DNA from: Squalus acanthias
Taxonomy: Eukaryota
Direction of reading: 5' to 3'
DNA length: 64,000 bases
Assembly (NCBI GenBank): GCA_030390025.1
Contig: CM059431.1
Location: forward strand, 113,772,001-113,836,000
Shown: positions 36,300 to 49,255 of the stretch, one piece after another
Layout of the letters: every line of letters begins with the position of its first letter
How positions within the stretch are numbered: the stretch's first letter is position 1
Program-made: the position numbers and the translations under genes
Notes under the pieces: generated by a model
Told to the model about the DNA's origin: nothing
Seen by the model: only the letters and a program-made list of their open reading frames with translations
Databases searched by the model: none

Positions 36300-36465
36300 G
36301 CGCAGACTGGATCTCAGTTTAATGTCTCGCCTGAAAGGCAGCACCTTAAGAACTCCCTAATACTGCATTGAAGTGTCAGCCTGGATTCCAGACTCACATT
36401 CTGGAGAGGAACGTAAACCTACAACCTTTTGACTCAGAGGCAAGAGTGCTACTATTGAGCTAAGG
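36300..36465 (-). mobile_element. DeuSINE-type 5' fragment
   Basis: gtgtcagcct, tgactcagaggcaagagtgctac..tgagc. Confidence 0.65.
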
Positions 36466-36489
36466 TGGCACTGGCTGATGGACACACCG

Positions 36490-36705
36490 TTTGGCGAGCT
36501 GCCTGTCAGTGCTTGATGGCCGTCAGCGCTCGCCCCCCTGTCAGTGCTCGCTGCCCGTCGGTTCTTGCCACCTGTCAGCGCTCACCGCTTGTCCGTGCTC
36601 GCCGCCTGTCAGTGATTGCCACCTGTCTCTGATTGCTGTCTGTGCTCGACGCCTATCTGTACTCGATGCCTGTCTGTGCTCGCCATCTGTCAGCGCTCGC
36701 TGAAT
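36490..36705. repeat. Degenerate short tandem repeat (ctgtcagygctcgc-like)
   Basis: Repeated ctgtc/gctcg units. Confidence 0.6.
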
Positions 36706-36881
36706 TGAGGCCCAACAAGGAAAATGGTTCGGCCCTCTCGCTACTTCTTTTGGACAAGCAGTGCGATTGACTCGCCCACTCGGTGCGCGCTATGAATGAA
36801 AATCAACCCCATTATGTCCAGCCAGATGTCCGAGGAAAAGGCAAATCCATTCAATTCAAATACAAGCATCTTGTATCTCTC

Positions 36882-36942
36882 ACGAGAACATAAGAATTAG
36901 GAGCAGGAGTAGGCCATACGGCCCTGCGAGCCTGCTCTGCCA
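36882..36942 (-). mobile_element. CR1 3' tail
   Basis: agaacataagaattaggagcaggagtaggcc. Confidence 0.8.
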
Positions 36943-37399
36943 AACTGCTTCCTTCCCTATTGCATCTTCATATACCTCTGAAGATATATCAGGAGAAACA
37001 GAACTCAGATTCCGATGGGAGGATGCTGCTGCTAGTTTTCCACTATATGAATCCACTAAAGGAATGGCTAATACAGCTTGAAATCTGCAATGCTTCAGAA
37101 AACGCCTATGCATGTTTCAGAATCTCATTTTTTCCCCTCAAGTGCGTAACTTTTCAAAATGTGCACATATAGTTGCAGTTGTTGCTCCGAAAAAAATCCC
37201 ATGAAAATAATCAGCGAGTTATTTTCTACTTTTATCGTCACTTCTTCTCTCTGAGGTCTCCCAGTTAACGCTCGACACTCCGCAGCTGGCAAACAACTTG
37301 ATACCATGTCGGTGCCAGTGCTCCTCTCAGACCCAGCACTAGGTGAGTAAAAGCAGCCACGAGTGACTGGCCTACTGACTTTCACTGCTTCCCCATGAT

Positions 37400-37645
37400 A
37401 AAGAGTCTGACTTGAAAAGCCCCACTTCAGAGACTTGAACACAAAAATCTGGGCTGACACCCCAGTGCAGTACTGAGGGAGTGCTGCACTGTAGGAGGTG
37501 CCGTTTTTCAGATGAGACGTTAAACCGAGGCCCCATCTGCTCTCTCAGGTGGATGTAAAAGATCCCATGGCACTATTTTGAAGAAGAGCAGGGGAGTTAT
37601 CCCCAGTGTCCTGGCCAATATTTATCCCTCAATCAACAGCACTAA
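37400..37645 (+). mobile_element. DeuSINE-type SINE, partial
   Basis: Central domain nearly identical to the 15084 and 41529 copies. Confidence 0.85.
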
Positions 37646-37751
37646 AAAAAAAGGATTATTTTTTATTCGTTCCTGGGATGTGGGCGTCGCTGAATCTCAG
37701 TCCTGTATTACTCCAACATTGTGTTTTCGACACTACCTTACTTGACACATT

Positions 37752-38589
37752 GGGTGAGATCTTGCCAGCCCTGGGGAGGTGGGTTTGGAGGCGGAACTGC
37801 TGGGAAAATGGCAGAATCTGGGTGCGGATGCCCATCCCGCCCCCAACCTGCCTCCGTGCCATCTTCCCAGGAGGTGGGTAACCGACCCGCGCCGGGTCCC
37901 ATCTCCTGGAGGCGGGAAGGGGATTACAGCCACTTAACTGCCTGTTAACAGATAGTTAACAGGCAGATAAGAGGATTATCCCCATTTTACCCACACAAGT
38001 GCAGGCTTCCCAGAGGCTGCGAACCCCGCCAGGGTCACCGAGGCGAGCAGTGGGTCTGCGGGGGTCGGAGGGGTGCAAAAGTGCGCTGTGAAGGTAAGTG
38101 ATGGGTGCAAGTGTGAAGAGGTGAGCATGTGAGGTAAGTGGAAAGTGTTAGAAAAAGTTTACTTACCTTTGTTTCTTCCTGCAGGCTTCAATCATTGGGT
38201 ATGCGGAGAGTCTCGCATCTCACCGGCAGAGATGACAGATGGCTGTTGCATTCTCCAATGCAACAACCATCTAATTTCTGCTAAAGAAAGAGTTTTGATG
38301 AGTCTTGAATTCAAGAACTCATCAAACTATAGAGAATGTCAGTGTCTGACTGCTTCACAGAGCTGTCAAACGATGACAATTCATCTGTCAAAAAAAGATG
38401 AAACGTCATACGTTGACGTTCTCTGTAACCGGCTTCCCCTTAATTGGCATGCTAAGCCCGCTGGGCAGGCTTAACAAGGTCAATCAAGGGAAAATAGCGT
38501 GGGTTGGCCAGAAGTCGATGGAGGCGGGACTAAAACCCGTCAAGTGGGATTCCCGCCTCCAAAAGCTCCCCATTGGCAAAATCCAGCCC
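37752..38589. mobile_element. Non-autonomous Harbinger element
   Basis: ATT TSD; right terminus tggcaaaatccagccc identical to that of 31913-36171. Confidence 0.85.
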
Positions 38590-39099
38590 ATTATTTCAAA
38601 CATTTATCACCTTTTAAATAAAGATTGTTTTTCTAATATCTGTTTTAAATGTATTTTTTAGTTACTTAAATTTATGTCTCTGGTCCCACTAACCTAATTT
38701 ACCTTGAAATTATATTCTGAAAGAAAGAAACAAAATAAAGAAAGAACTTGCATATATATATATATATATAGCAGAGGCAAGATGTAATCTGTTTGAGGTC
38801 AAGGCGGCTCCAAGGTGACAGATCTGACAAAGGGAGCTCAGAACCAAGTCAACTCTCCATGGTAGATTCAATAATCCGATACATGAATCAGGCAGCATTG
38901 CACCACTCTGGATATGTTAATGATTGACAAGCCAAAATGGCTCACTAATGAAGCCTGGAAGCATAGACATGTCATTGGGGGATTGGATTTCTCCCACCTA
39001 ACTCCAGGTAACCCTACAAATCAATACTTCAATGGGTAGGATGGTCCTAGCTGGACAAGCAGTGGGAAACTTACCAGTTTCTGTACAAGGATACAAAAC

Positions 39100-39690
39100 T
39101 TTGGGTTACTGCTTGATCCTGAACAACCAATCCATTACCAAGATCACCTTCTTTCATCTCTGACACAGAATCTATCTCCAGCCCTACCTCTACTCTACTG
39201 CAGTTGAAACCCTCATCTATATTTCTAGCACCTTGAGACTTGATTTCTTCAATGCTCAACCTAACATAAAAAAAGTTCCAAAGTGCTTCAGAACAGAATT
39301 AGATAGGGTAATTGATGCCATGCCATGGAGTGAGAAATTAGGAGGTGCAACTGAAAGCTTGGTCAAAAAGATGAGTTTTCAGTAGGTTTTTAAAGGTGGA
39401 GAAAGAAGTGGAGAGGCAGAGAGATTTAGGCAGGGAGTTCCAGACAGTAAGGATGAGGCAACTGAAAGTTCTGCCACCAATACTGGGGTAAAGGGGAGGG
39501 GGGTGCACAAAGATCCAGAATCAAAGACTGAAGGGTACGGGAAGGGATGCTAGAGGAGATTACAGAAATAGAATGGGGCAATTTGAAGAGGAGGACAAGA
39601 ATTTTAAATGTAATATGTTGGGAAAGAGGGAGCTAATGTATTTTAGTGAGGACAGAGTGATGGGTGAGTTGGACTTGTGTGGGTTAGAAC
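39100..39690. mobile_element. Old L2 fragments (+ 39100-39260, - 39270-39690)
   Basis: gaaaccctcatc..., aaagcttggtcaaa, ggagttccaga; similar to 22010-22485. Confidence 0.6.
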
Positions 39691-40306
39691 ACAAGATTGC
39701 CCAATCTGAAATATCTCATTTATTTCAGTAGTTCCTCCAACCTTCCCCCTCCTCTGCAACTTCCATGCTGGAGAGACTGTCCATGGTCATCTCCATGGAC
39801 ACAGCATTTAATATATTTGTCAGCCCTTGGTCAGTTGATACCATGTCATCTTTGTGATCTTTCAATGGTGCAATTCTTTACTTCTTGCTGCCAATGTATT
39901 GATAGAAATGCTTGATATTTCTTTTAATATTCCCAACTGCCCTAACTTAATTTTCTACTTTGAGGGCTAGAGGCATAAACTTCGCTTTCATCAAGTGTTC
40001 AACCTTGTCATCTTCAGAGTTGCTTTGCCTGTCCTCTGTGCTGGCGGCCCACGCCAGTGGAAGCTACGAAATATAAAATATGAATATACAAAATATCTTT
40101 TCATCGGTGGAGAATCAATGGCACCTTATTACGATTCATGCTTTTCCCCAATATTTTCTATTTGTGCTTAACATAAAAGTCAGCTTCCATAGTTAAGCCA
40201 ATAGTCCCTTTGATCAGAACTTGACCTTATGCAAAACATACCTTAGATGTAGCAGGTACAGGGTAAACAAACTTTTTCTATGGGTTAGTAAACTGGAAAC
40301 AGTACG

Positions 40307-40685
40307 TTTTTTTTTATTTGTTCACGGGATGTGGGTGTCGCTGGAAAGGCCAGCATTTATTGCCCATCCCTAATTGCCCTTGAGAAAGTGGTGAGCTGCC
40401 TTCTTGAACCGCAGAGGGCAGTTAAGAGTCAATCACATTGCTGTGGGTCTGGAGTCACATATAGGCCAGACCAGGTAAGGATGGCAGATTTCCTTCCTTA
40501 AAGGACCAGATGGGTTTTTATTACAATCTGGTAGTTTCATGGTCACCATTACTAGATTTTTATTCCAGATTTATTTAACTAACTGTATTTAAATTCCCCA
40601 ACTGCCATGGTGTGATTTGGACTCTTGGCTCGTTAGTCTGGGTCTCTGGATTACTAGTCCAGTAACATAACCACTATGCTACTGT
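40307..40685 (-). mobile_element. tRNA-headed SINE sharing head and tail with 56649-57814
   Basis: Head gtagcatagtggttatg, central ggaaggaaatctgccatccttacctggtctggcct, tail caagggcaattagggatgggcaataaatgctggcc plus poly(A). Confidence 0.85.
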
Positions 40686-41124
40686 TATCCCCTTAACTCC
40701 TGATCTCTCTGAAACTGGTAGCTAAATAACATGCTGATAGATCATATGGTTCAGGCTCAAACTAATTATTGTTTATTAAGCAATCAAATAACACAGGAGC
40801 AAACTGGATCAATCAGCAGAATGAATACAGTCTCAGAATATTTTATTTCACGCAAGTACTTTAAGACAAGTTCAAACCAGTAAAAGTCCCAAAAGTCACA
40901 GTACTCTTCAGTAACTTTTGTAACCTGGACCACATGTCCTTGACGATCTTTACGAGAAAGATCTTTACCTCGACGAGAAAGAAAATTCATGGAGTTCCTT
41001 TAGCCTATGGATCATGTGGCAATGTGATGTGAAGGGGACTGCCAGCCTGATCATGTGACTCTCTTTCCTTTGAAAATAAACTGGGAGAAAAGAAGATGAA
41101 CAAATATCATCTTTTGTTTCTTAA

Positions 41125-41415
41125 CTTGTCCCATTACCATCTCCTTTTGCCTTCCACCATCATCCCTTTTGTCATTTAATCTCTCCTGCCTTCCACCCTA
41201 TCACAGACCTTCCCCTTTGTTCTTTCCTCCCCTCCCCCTTTCCCTGCCCCTACACTTGCTTAAAAACCTGTTCCATCTCCAACTTTTTCCAGTTCTGACA
41301 AAGGGTCATCGTTAACTCTGTTTCTCTCTCCACAGATGCTGCCTGACCTGCTGAGTATTTCCAGAATTTTCTGTTTTTATTTCAGATTTCCAGCATCCGC
41401 AGTATTTTGCTTTAA
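41125..41415 (+). mobile_element. Solo Penelope-type terminal repeat (hammerhead core partly deleted)
   Basis: gttaactctgtttctctctccacagatgctgcctgacctgctg, homologous to 2850-2905(-). Confidence 0.7.
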
Positions 41416-41528
41416 TATCATTCATAATTGGTTAAAGCTGGCAATCGAAATCGATCTCAAAGCCACCAGGAATAGCCAGAGGAATAAGCCATTGACCACC
41501 TGGTAACCAATACTAAATAGCTCTGTTG

Positions 41529-41969
41529 TGTCAGCTGTGGCTCAGTGGGTAGCACCCTTGCCTCTGAGTCAGTATAAGTCGTGAGTTCAAGCCCCACTTC
41601 CAGAGACTAGGCTGACACTTCAGTGCAGTACTGAGGGAGTGGTACACTGTTGGAGGTGCTGCCTTTTGGATGAGACGTTAAACCGAGGCCCCGTCTGCTC
41701 TCTCAGGTGGATGTAAAAGATCCCATGGCACTATTTCAAAGAAGAGCAGGGGAATTATCCCCGGTGTCCAGGCCAATATTTATCCCTCAATCAACATCAC
41801 TAAAACAGATTATCTGGTCAGTATCACATTGCTGTTTGTGGGAGCTGTCTGTGCATTTCCTACATTAAAGCAGTGACTATACTTCAAAAAGTACTTAATT
41901 AGCTGTAAAGCGCTTTGGGACATCCGGTGGTCATGAAAGGTGCCATATAAATGCAAGTCTTTCTTTCTT
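41529..41969 (+). mobile_element. DeuSINE-type SINE, near full length
   Basis: A/B boxes, central domain, L2-like tail. Confidence 0.88.
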
Positions 41970-42641
41970 GCTATTTGGATGAGCTTTGCATCTTGTAACA
42001 CTTGTTGAGCAATACAGATAGCATGTTCCTAAATGACCATATTCATCTGCTATAACCAGGAGACGCTAATTCTGAAACAATGCACACTCAGTTTGCTTTT
42101 GAAAAGCAAAGCCTATTGTGATAGTTCAGGCATTAAGATTAATCATTGCAGCTCCTCTCGAAGTGCCAGCCATACATACTTTATCATATCATAATCTTGA
42201 GGTGTTTGTTCCACAAACTGGACTTGATGAGGACTCTTTCCAGTCAAAGGCCTAAATAAAAAGTAAACCAGACCTTCTCAATTAGATCAATTGTACATCC
42301 TCTCACAGAAAACAGTCTCAGAAAACAATTTAAAATTGTTTCCAATGTCTATTTAATTTTTAAATTTTGTGCACATAAAAACAATGCAGAGGAACTGCAG
42401 AAGTGATACAAAAAGATACTCATGTTAAAAAGAAAAATGAGCTTGCTATTAACTGTTGCTGCTGAGATCTGCCATCATAATACCACAGACCTTGGTGGGG
42501 GGGAAATATCTACAAATCAGAATGACTGCGCACTATATGAAAGCACCATAGTATCACAGGGTGGTGATTCCACTCATCACCCATCATGACTCCAGTGGGA
42601 GACTGGCAGAACCCTCAGGTTGTTTCCTCAGTGCCTAGTAA

Positions 42642-43181
42642 GGGTCGGAAATTCTGTCTGCCTCTTACAAGGCAAATGACGGGCCGCTGGGCAAGGTGTT
42701 GGGCCTTCGTAAGCCTGAAATTCCCAGCCCCGCTCTTCAGTTGGGGCCGGTGTTGTAGTAGCAGCCGATTTGTAAAGTGAATGGAACCTTACCGGCCTCC
42801 ACAAGCATGGATTTGGGTCCCAGCAGGGGTGGTTCCAAGTTAACTAAGCAGCTTTGACCCCCTGAAGGCCCCACCCAAAAATTATTTAAGATGTTTCAAG
42901 CTCAGTTCGTTTCTTCAGCGGGATGACGATATAATGGCCAAAGTCGGGGGGGGGGGGGGGGTGGTGGGGGTGGAGGGGTGAGGAGGGGGATAAGAGACTG
43001 GGCAAATCCCTTCTGGCAATGGGTGGATGTGCCCGGAGTTTGCACGGGAGATGCACCAAAAGTGGCACTTATGCCCACCTGGCCAATGCAAATGAAGGGC
43101 CCTCACGCTAATCGCAGCAGGGCCAGCTCTGACGGGCAGCAGCGTAACAGCCAGGATTGTATCCTGAGGAATTTCAGGGCC
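42642..43181. mobile_element. Harbinger-type MITE
   Basis: Ends gggtcggaaattc / gaatttcagggcc; GC-rich island. Confidence 0.55.
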
Positions 43182-43805
43182 ATAGTGCCTTTAAAATCTT
43201 AAAGCCATTAATTAGAAACATGCTGCACTTCATCAAATATTGGCAAACGTATGGAACATAATAGAGTAAAGAAACAATCAATTTCCATACTAAAGTGTGA
43301 TAGGATCATAAATAATAAATGGCAGCACTTTTATAAAAATATTCTACTTCAAATGCAAGTCTGTTTTGTTATAAAAATAAATCTCAGGAGGGGGGGTGAT
43401 AGTGCAATACTTCACAGTGAATGAAATATTTTACAAATTGAATTAGAAGAAGTTTAAAAGGTCATCTCTCAGCTGGGTTATCCCCTCCCTTTTATCAGTA
43501 AAGCTACTGGAGGTGTCTGTGTCAGGCATTTACTGCCCCCTGCAAGGATTCCAGGCAGCTACTTCCTGAGCAATTTACCTAAAGGCTTAGAAGGACGGGC
43601 AATTTGTTATACTCTCAGCTGTGTGAAAGGAAGAATATTGTCTTGCATTAACAATGCTATAAGCCTCTGATCAGTCTCTTGGTGCACCATTTTCAATTCA
43701 AAAATAAGTGTATGATATCTTGGCTTACAAGGATAAAAAATTCAAGTACGGGTTATTAAACTAGATAAACAACAGAGTTAAACCTATAACAAATGAAAAT
43801 ATATC

Positions 43806-44583
43806 GGGCCAAATCTTGCTGGAAAAATAACAGTGTGCTAACGACGTACCCCATTATTAATGCGGAAAATTGGCCACCAAGTTCAGGGGATGAAGAGATA
43901 CGCGTGAGTTGCGAAGCTCCAGAACTTGCTGGTTGATTTACATCGCTCCGCCGTTTGCTTCGCACAGACTGCTTCTCATCCCTAACCTTTCCCTTATTTT
44001 TAAGAACTTGCTGGATTTGCACATTAAATGCCCACATTTGCCACAAAAAGTTAGAGTTCATCATTAATAGCGCAAGTACCAGTTTAATGACATGATAATT
44101 GTTAATGCAATGCCAGTCAATCCCTCTGGCCCAGAAAGTGAACAATTTAAACTTTTGAGTCTCGTTCCAGCATGTAGTCAATTGTTGTGAGAGATTTTAT
44201 AAATGTCAAATTTAAAATTTTAATTTTTTTCTTACTTTTCCTTTCTGTCCCTTTTTTCTCTCTATTTTAATCCAAGCTTCTGTTCCTTCTCTTTATTTTT
44301 CTTTCTGTACCTGATTTGACATTGAATTCACCAAGTCTAATTTGCCCTCCAGCTCGGTCCTTCCTCTGTTTATTTCTCAATCCTTAAATCTCATTGGTTA
44401 AGGAGATAGACTGTTGGTCCTGTCATTCACTAACGTCCCAGATGCCCCGTTGCCCTCACCACACTGTTATCAGCTCACACTTCCAGCAAGTTGCAGCGCA
44501 AAACATTCGAGCTCAAGGGTGCAGGAAAAAGTTTAACTAACGGTGCATGCCGCGAGATGTCCTGCTCCAGCAAGATTTGGCCC
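43806..44583 (-). mobile_element. Harbinger-type MITE
   Basis: Perfect 18-bp TIR gggccaaatcttgctgga; interior related (reverse) to 60199-60920; TSD not clean. Confidence 0.85.
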
Positions 44584-44703
44584 AATGCATTATTTTGAAA
44601 TGTCTTGTGTTCTTAATAGACTTTCATCAAACCATGAAGAAATTAGACTGTATTAAGGCCTACTTGCCAGGGAGGGCAGAAATGCAGCACGATCCTGGTG
44701 ACA

Positions 44704-45045
44704 GGGGCCCATAATTTGGGATGGAACCGTGATCCTCAGAGTTTCTGCCCCATTTGCCTGACATCAGAAACCCAGATACCGAGCGACGGGGGAGGTGGCC
44801 ATGTCTTGCGCGCGCACCTCTACATCTCAGCAGCAGTTTGGGGGATGTATCTGGGGCCATTCCTGGCTAGCCCATGGATCCCTCCCAACTCGTTCTTGTT
44901 GTGCCCAGTGGATCCAATTCCTACTGAGCAGGCTTGGGTTCTGTTGTGGGTCGACTAAAAGGTCCAAAGAAGGTAAGGACCAACGGTAATCAATTCCCGA
45001 GCCATACTTTCAACCCCTCGCACGGGTCTGCAAAATTTTGGGCCC
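44704..45045. mobile_element. Harbinger-type MITE
   Basis: Ends ggggcccataattt / aaaattttgggccc. Confidence 0.6.
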
Positions 45046-46483
45046 TACATTTATAAATAAATCTCTCAGTTGCACATCCAGGATGCAGGAAATCCCAAAG
45101 TACGGAGAACCTGCCCTTGCCCCCGTCTCTTCTGATGCCAGGGTAAGAGTGAGGGGTTTCCCAGGTCAGTAGGCACAGTTAATTTTATACAGGTAGCAGC
45201 GGCTGTGGGCACGGCAAGTATCTTCTGGGGGGTTAACCCCACCTAAGAAGAGGCAAGTTGCACCAGACTTTCTGGCCGGCAGGGCAAGGTAGGTGCCTGA
45301 AAGCACCAATAGTGGCATGGATGCCCCCTTAGCCTCATATCAAATAGGGGCCCTGCCCCCAGACCCCACATATTCTCTGGGCCATTTTCTCACTGATAGC
45401 TGAATATGACTATAAATTAAGTGAATTCGGCAAGATTCAGTCGATTTCCTAGCGGACACGAGGCCAGAAAACAAAATTGACCTCCAATTCAGCACAATTG
45501 ATGCCAATTTGATGACTTCTTTTACAAGATGCAACGAGGATCAATGGGAAATGTAAAAAAAAAGCACTGATGCTACGGAGAAGAGGTCCTATGAGGTTGG
45601 GGCTGAGCACATTCAAAACGCTGCATTTAACCTATGCTGTACCTAACGTGGGAATATTTAATCCTTTCTCTCAGCACAAATGGAAAACTGTTTCATTCAT
45701 CAGTCCTGGTGTGTTTCAGTATAAACACACACAGAAGGACTAATTAAAAATACATGAGAAAACTGTTTTAAGAAGTATGATTTAAAAATGACATCTGGAG
45801 AAGCTCACACTGGTATCATGTTGTGACAGTGATACATCAAGTCATAAGCTTTAAGTTATCAAACATGATGAACAGTCTAGTCAGAAACCTTAGGCTTTTC
45901 CTTCACAATCTAACCTCGGATTATTTTTTTAAAAGGCCTTAGTTTTATAAATATTGCATTGTTACAACTTTTTCAGACCATACAACTCTCAAACATCTCA
46001 CACTTTTACCCACAATCTCATTAGACCATTGAATTTTTGCCCTAAATCTGTTGTCACACATATCTTCTCTCAGTTTACCAGCTCTTATTTTTTCCACTCA
46101 AACATTACAACAGTGGGAAAAATACTCTGTTTCCTTACATTAATCACACTCTAAAGTTTCATTCTTTTTTCCTCTAAAGACACATAACAAATACGTTTAA
46201 TGAACTTTAAGTGCAACCTGATCGAACAGCAGTTAATTTGTTATAGCTCTGGTCTAATTTTATGCCAGGAAACAAAAAACAACTCGCATTTATATAGCGC
46301 CTTTAACATAGAAAGATGTTCCAAAGTGCTTCACAGAGACATAGGGGTAATTCTGTATCTCACCCACACGGCGGGTGAGAGAGATCCGGGGGGGGGCGGG
46401 GGTAAAATCTGTAAAAATGTGTAACCTGACCCCAACCCTCCGTGAAATTCTGAAAGATAATTCTGTTCACTTATGGAAATGTT

Positions 46484-47060
46484 GGGGGGAATTTTAACCC
46501 CCCCAAAAATGGGTGGGTTGGGGTCGGGTGGGAGGTTAAAGTGTTAAAAATGTGAATCACGACCCCAACCTGCCCACTTCCAGGTTTAACGGAGGCGAGG
46601 CAGGGGGCACGCCCAGGAGGCGGGTTGGCACTTTAAATATTATACTGAGGCTGGAAGCCTCTGATGTAACCTGCTTTGCAGGTTTATCCATTGCCGGCCG
46701 GGGTTCCTGGGCCTCGGGATTCCCGGCAGCTGCAGCGAGGTGAAGACAGCCTCGGGGGACCAATCCTTGTGGGGCGGGAGGAGCAGGAGTGCTTACCCTC
46801 GGCCTCCAAGCTCCCCCACCATCAGAAACCCCCCATCCCCCCCACCACCCCAGGTTCGAGGATCAGACCCCTCCAGTATCTGGGATCGGACCCCCCACCA
46901 CCAAGGATCGGGCCACTCCCCAAGGTTGGAGATCAGAACTGCAGCCCACCCCCCACCGGGGTCGGGGCTCGCACCTACCTGTGGTTGCAGCTTCCTGTCC
47001 AGCGTTCCCCGCCCGACTGGAAGCCAGCCTGTCAATCAGGCTGACTTCCGGTGGGGAACC
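46484..47060. mobile_element. Harbinger-type MITE, one end missing
   Basis: gggggaattttaa terminus; reverse-related to 9584-10457. Confidence 0.6.
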
Positions 47061-47349
47061 TGTCCGTCACATCACAAGCGCACTGTGGAGTCAGCATGTG
47101 GTCAAATACAGTGGTGAGCCCACATCCTATCATTTTGTATTACCAAGTGCTTACAAAACAAGGTGCTACACCTTCAAATTGTTGCCATACATCTGCAGCT
47201 CTAGCCAAGATGGAAGTAAAGAAACAGTTAACTTGATAGGGGAGACCAGGAGAGCGCATGGTCCAATGTTCTTATTCTGACATCCAAATGCAAACTCTCC
47301 GAATTGGACCAAATACAGACATTCTTTTAAAATTACTCACTATAGATTG

Positions 47350-48270
47350 GGAGTGGGAGTGTGTGCAGCGAGGAGGATACCGAGAAACTCCAGGATGATC
47401 TGGACAGGTTGGGTGAGTGGGCAGAAGCGTGGCAGATGCAATATAACGTGGATAAGTGCGAGGTTATCCACTTTGGTGTCAAAAACAGAAAGGCAGACTA
47501 TTATCTGAATGGCAATAAATTGGGAGAAGGGGAAGTGCAACGAGACCTGGGTGTCCTTGTGCACCAGTCGCTGAAAGTAAGCATGCAGGTGCAGCAGGCG
47601 GTGAAGAAGGCAAATGGTATGTTGGCCTTCATAGCGAAAGGGTTTGAGTATAGGAACAGGGATGTCCTGCTGCAGTTGTACAGGGCCTTGGTGAGACCAC
47701 ACCTTGAGTACTGTGTGTAGTTTTGGTCGCCTTATCTGAGGAAGGATGTTCTTGCCATGGAAGGAGTTCAGCGAAGATTCACAAGGCTGATACCTGGGAT
47801 GGCAGGAATGACATATGAGGAGAGATTGGGTTGATTGGGCTTATACTCACTGGAGTATAGAAGAATGAGAGGGAATCTCATCGAAACATATAAAATTCTG
47901 ACAGGTCTGGACAAACTAGATGCAGGAAGAATGTTCCCGATGGTCGGAGAGTCCAGAACCAGGGGTCATAATCTACGGATAACGGGTAAACCATTTAGGA
48001 CAGAAATGAGGAAGAATTTCTTCACCCAGAGAGTGGTGAACCTGTGGAATTCTCTACCACAGAAGGTAGTTGAGGCGAAGTCATTAAATATATTCAAGGA
48101 TGAGTTAGATATATTTCTTAAAGCTAAAGGTATCAAGGGATATGGGGAGAAGGCAGGTACAGGGTACTGAGTTTAGATGATCAGCCATGATCTCATCGAA
48201 TGGTGGAGCAGGCTCGAGGGGCCGAATGGCCTACTCCTGCTCCTATCTTCTATGTTTCTATGTTTCTATG
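47350..48270 (+). mobile_element. CR1 LINE 3' ~0.9 kb, relatively young
   Basis: LQDDLDRL..WA..WQM.YN..KC, RDLGV, LYRALVRPHLEYCV*, WNSLP; (tatgtttc)n tail. Confidence 0.95.
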
Positions 48271-48764
48271 AAATATGACTTGCTACTTACTATTATGTGA
48301 GTCAATCACTTTAGACTTTACAGATTCTTTTTTTCAGACTAGAATCACACATTGTCAGATGAGACAGCAATTTGGAGATAGCTCCATTATAATAGGAGGC
48401 TGCCCATTTACCTTTCAAATAGGCTGCTGGAATGTACCAACGAGTTTTTGTATATTAGGTATGATGAGGACACAGAGCACAAGCCTGGTGAGAATTATGT
48501 TAGAGTATGGAGGAGGCAAAACCAGAACCGTCCCACAGCCTAATGCACACTTCAGCAATCTTGATTCAGCTTAGTGGGGAAAAATGAGAGACAGACACAT
48601 TGGTGGAGTTAGTTGCAGACTAACTGGGTAATTCAGAGGCAGGCACAATGAGTGAATCACAGACAGTCATAATGGCTGACTTGGATGTACACATAGATAG
48701 AAAGAGGCTAGTTAGAACCGGGAAGCAGAGATAGGAGCTGACATATGACTCAGACTAAGTTCAT

Positions 48765-49255
48765 GGGGTAGAAATTAATCTGGGACCAAACAAGACACCC
48801 GAGCATCCATAGTAATTGGTCCTCAGGCCTCAGCTACATAGTCGGGGTGAGCTGGCAGTGTTGGTCGCGGGCTATGTGGGTTGGTGGGGCGAGGGGGGGG
48901 GCGCGATCGCAACTCCTGTGGACTTGGGAGAGCACTCCTGCTCCTCATGGCTCTATAGGAAAGTGTTATTCAAGATAAAATTTCAAAAACTTATCTTTGG
49001 TTGGCAGCCTCATGAGGTGACCAATTTATCAAAGGGGTCCTTTAACAGGCTTTAGGCCCCTAGTTTACATATTCAAGAGGCCTAATGCCTATTTTAGACG
49101 TCTGCCCGGGATACCTAAAAAATGGGCCCCACAAATTTGGCAATGGGTCCAACGCCTGTGTAGATTGGGAGCAGGCCGTCCCACTGCCAAATTGATATAC
49201 TTTGTGCCCGTTTTATGCCCGAAAAATGGGCGCAACCCTTACCAATTTCCTCCCC
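48765..49255. mobile_element. Harbinger-type MITE
   Basis: Ends ggggtagaaatt / aatttcctcccc. Confidence 0.65.

Noticed and set aside
36945..37113. Possible host exon (77-aa ORF)
   Set aside because: No recognisable homology, it runs into a CR1 tail, and no coherent partner exons were found
40784..40990. 68-aa ORF in unique sequence
   Set aside because: No domain or splice support
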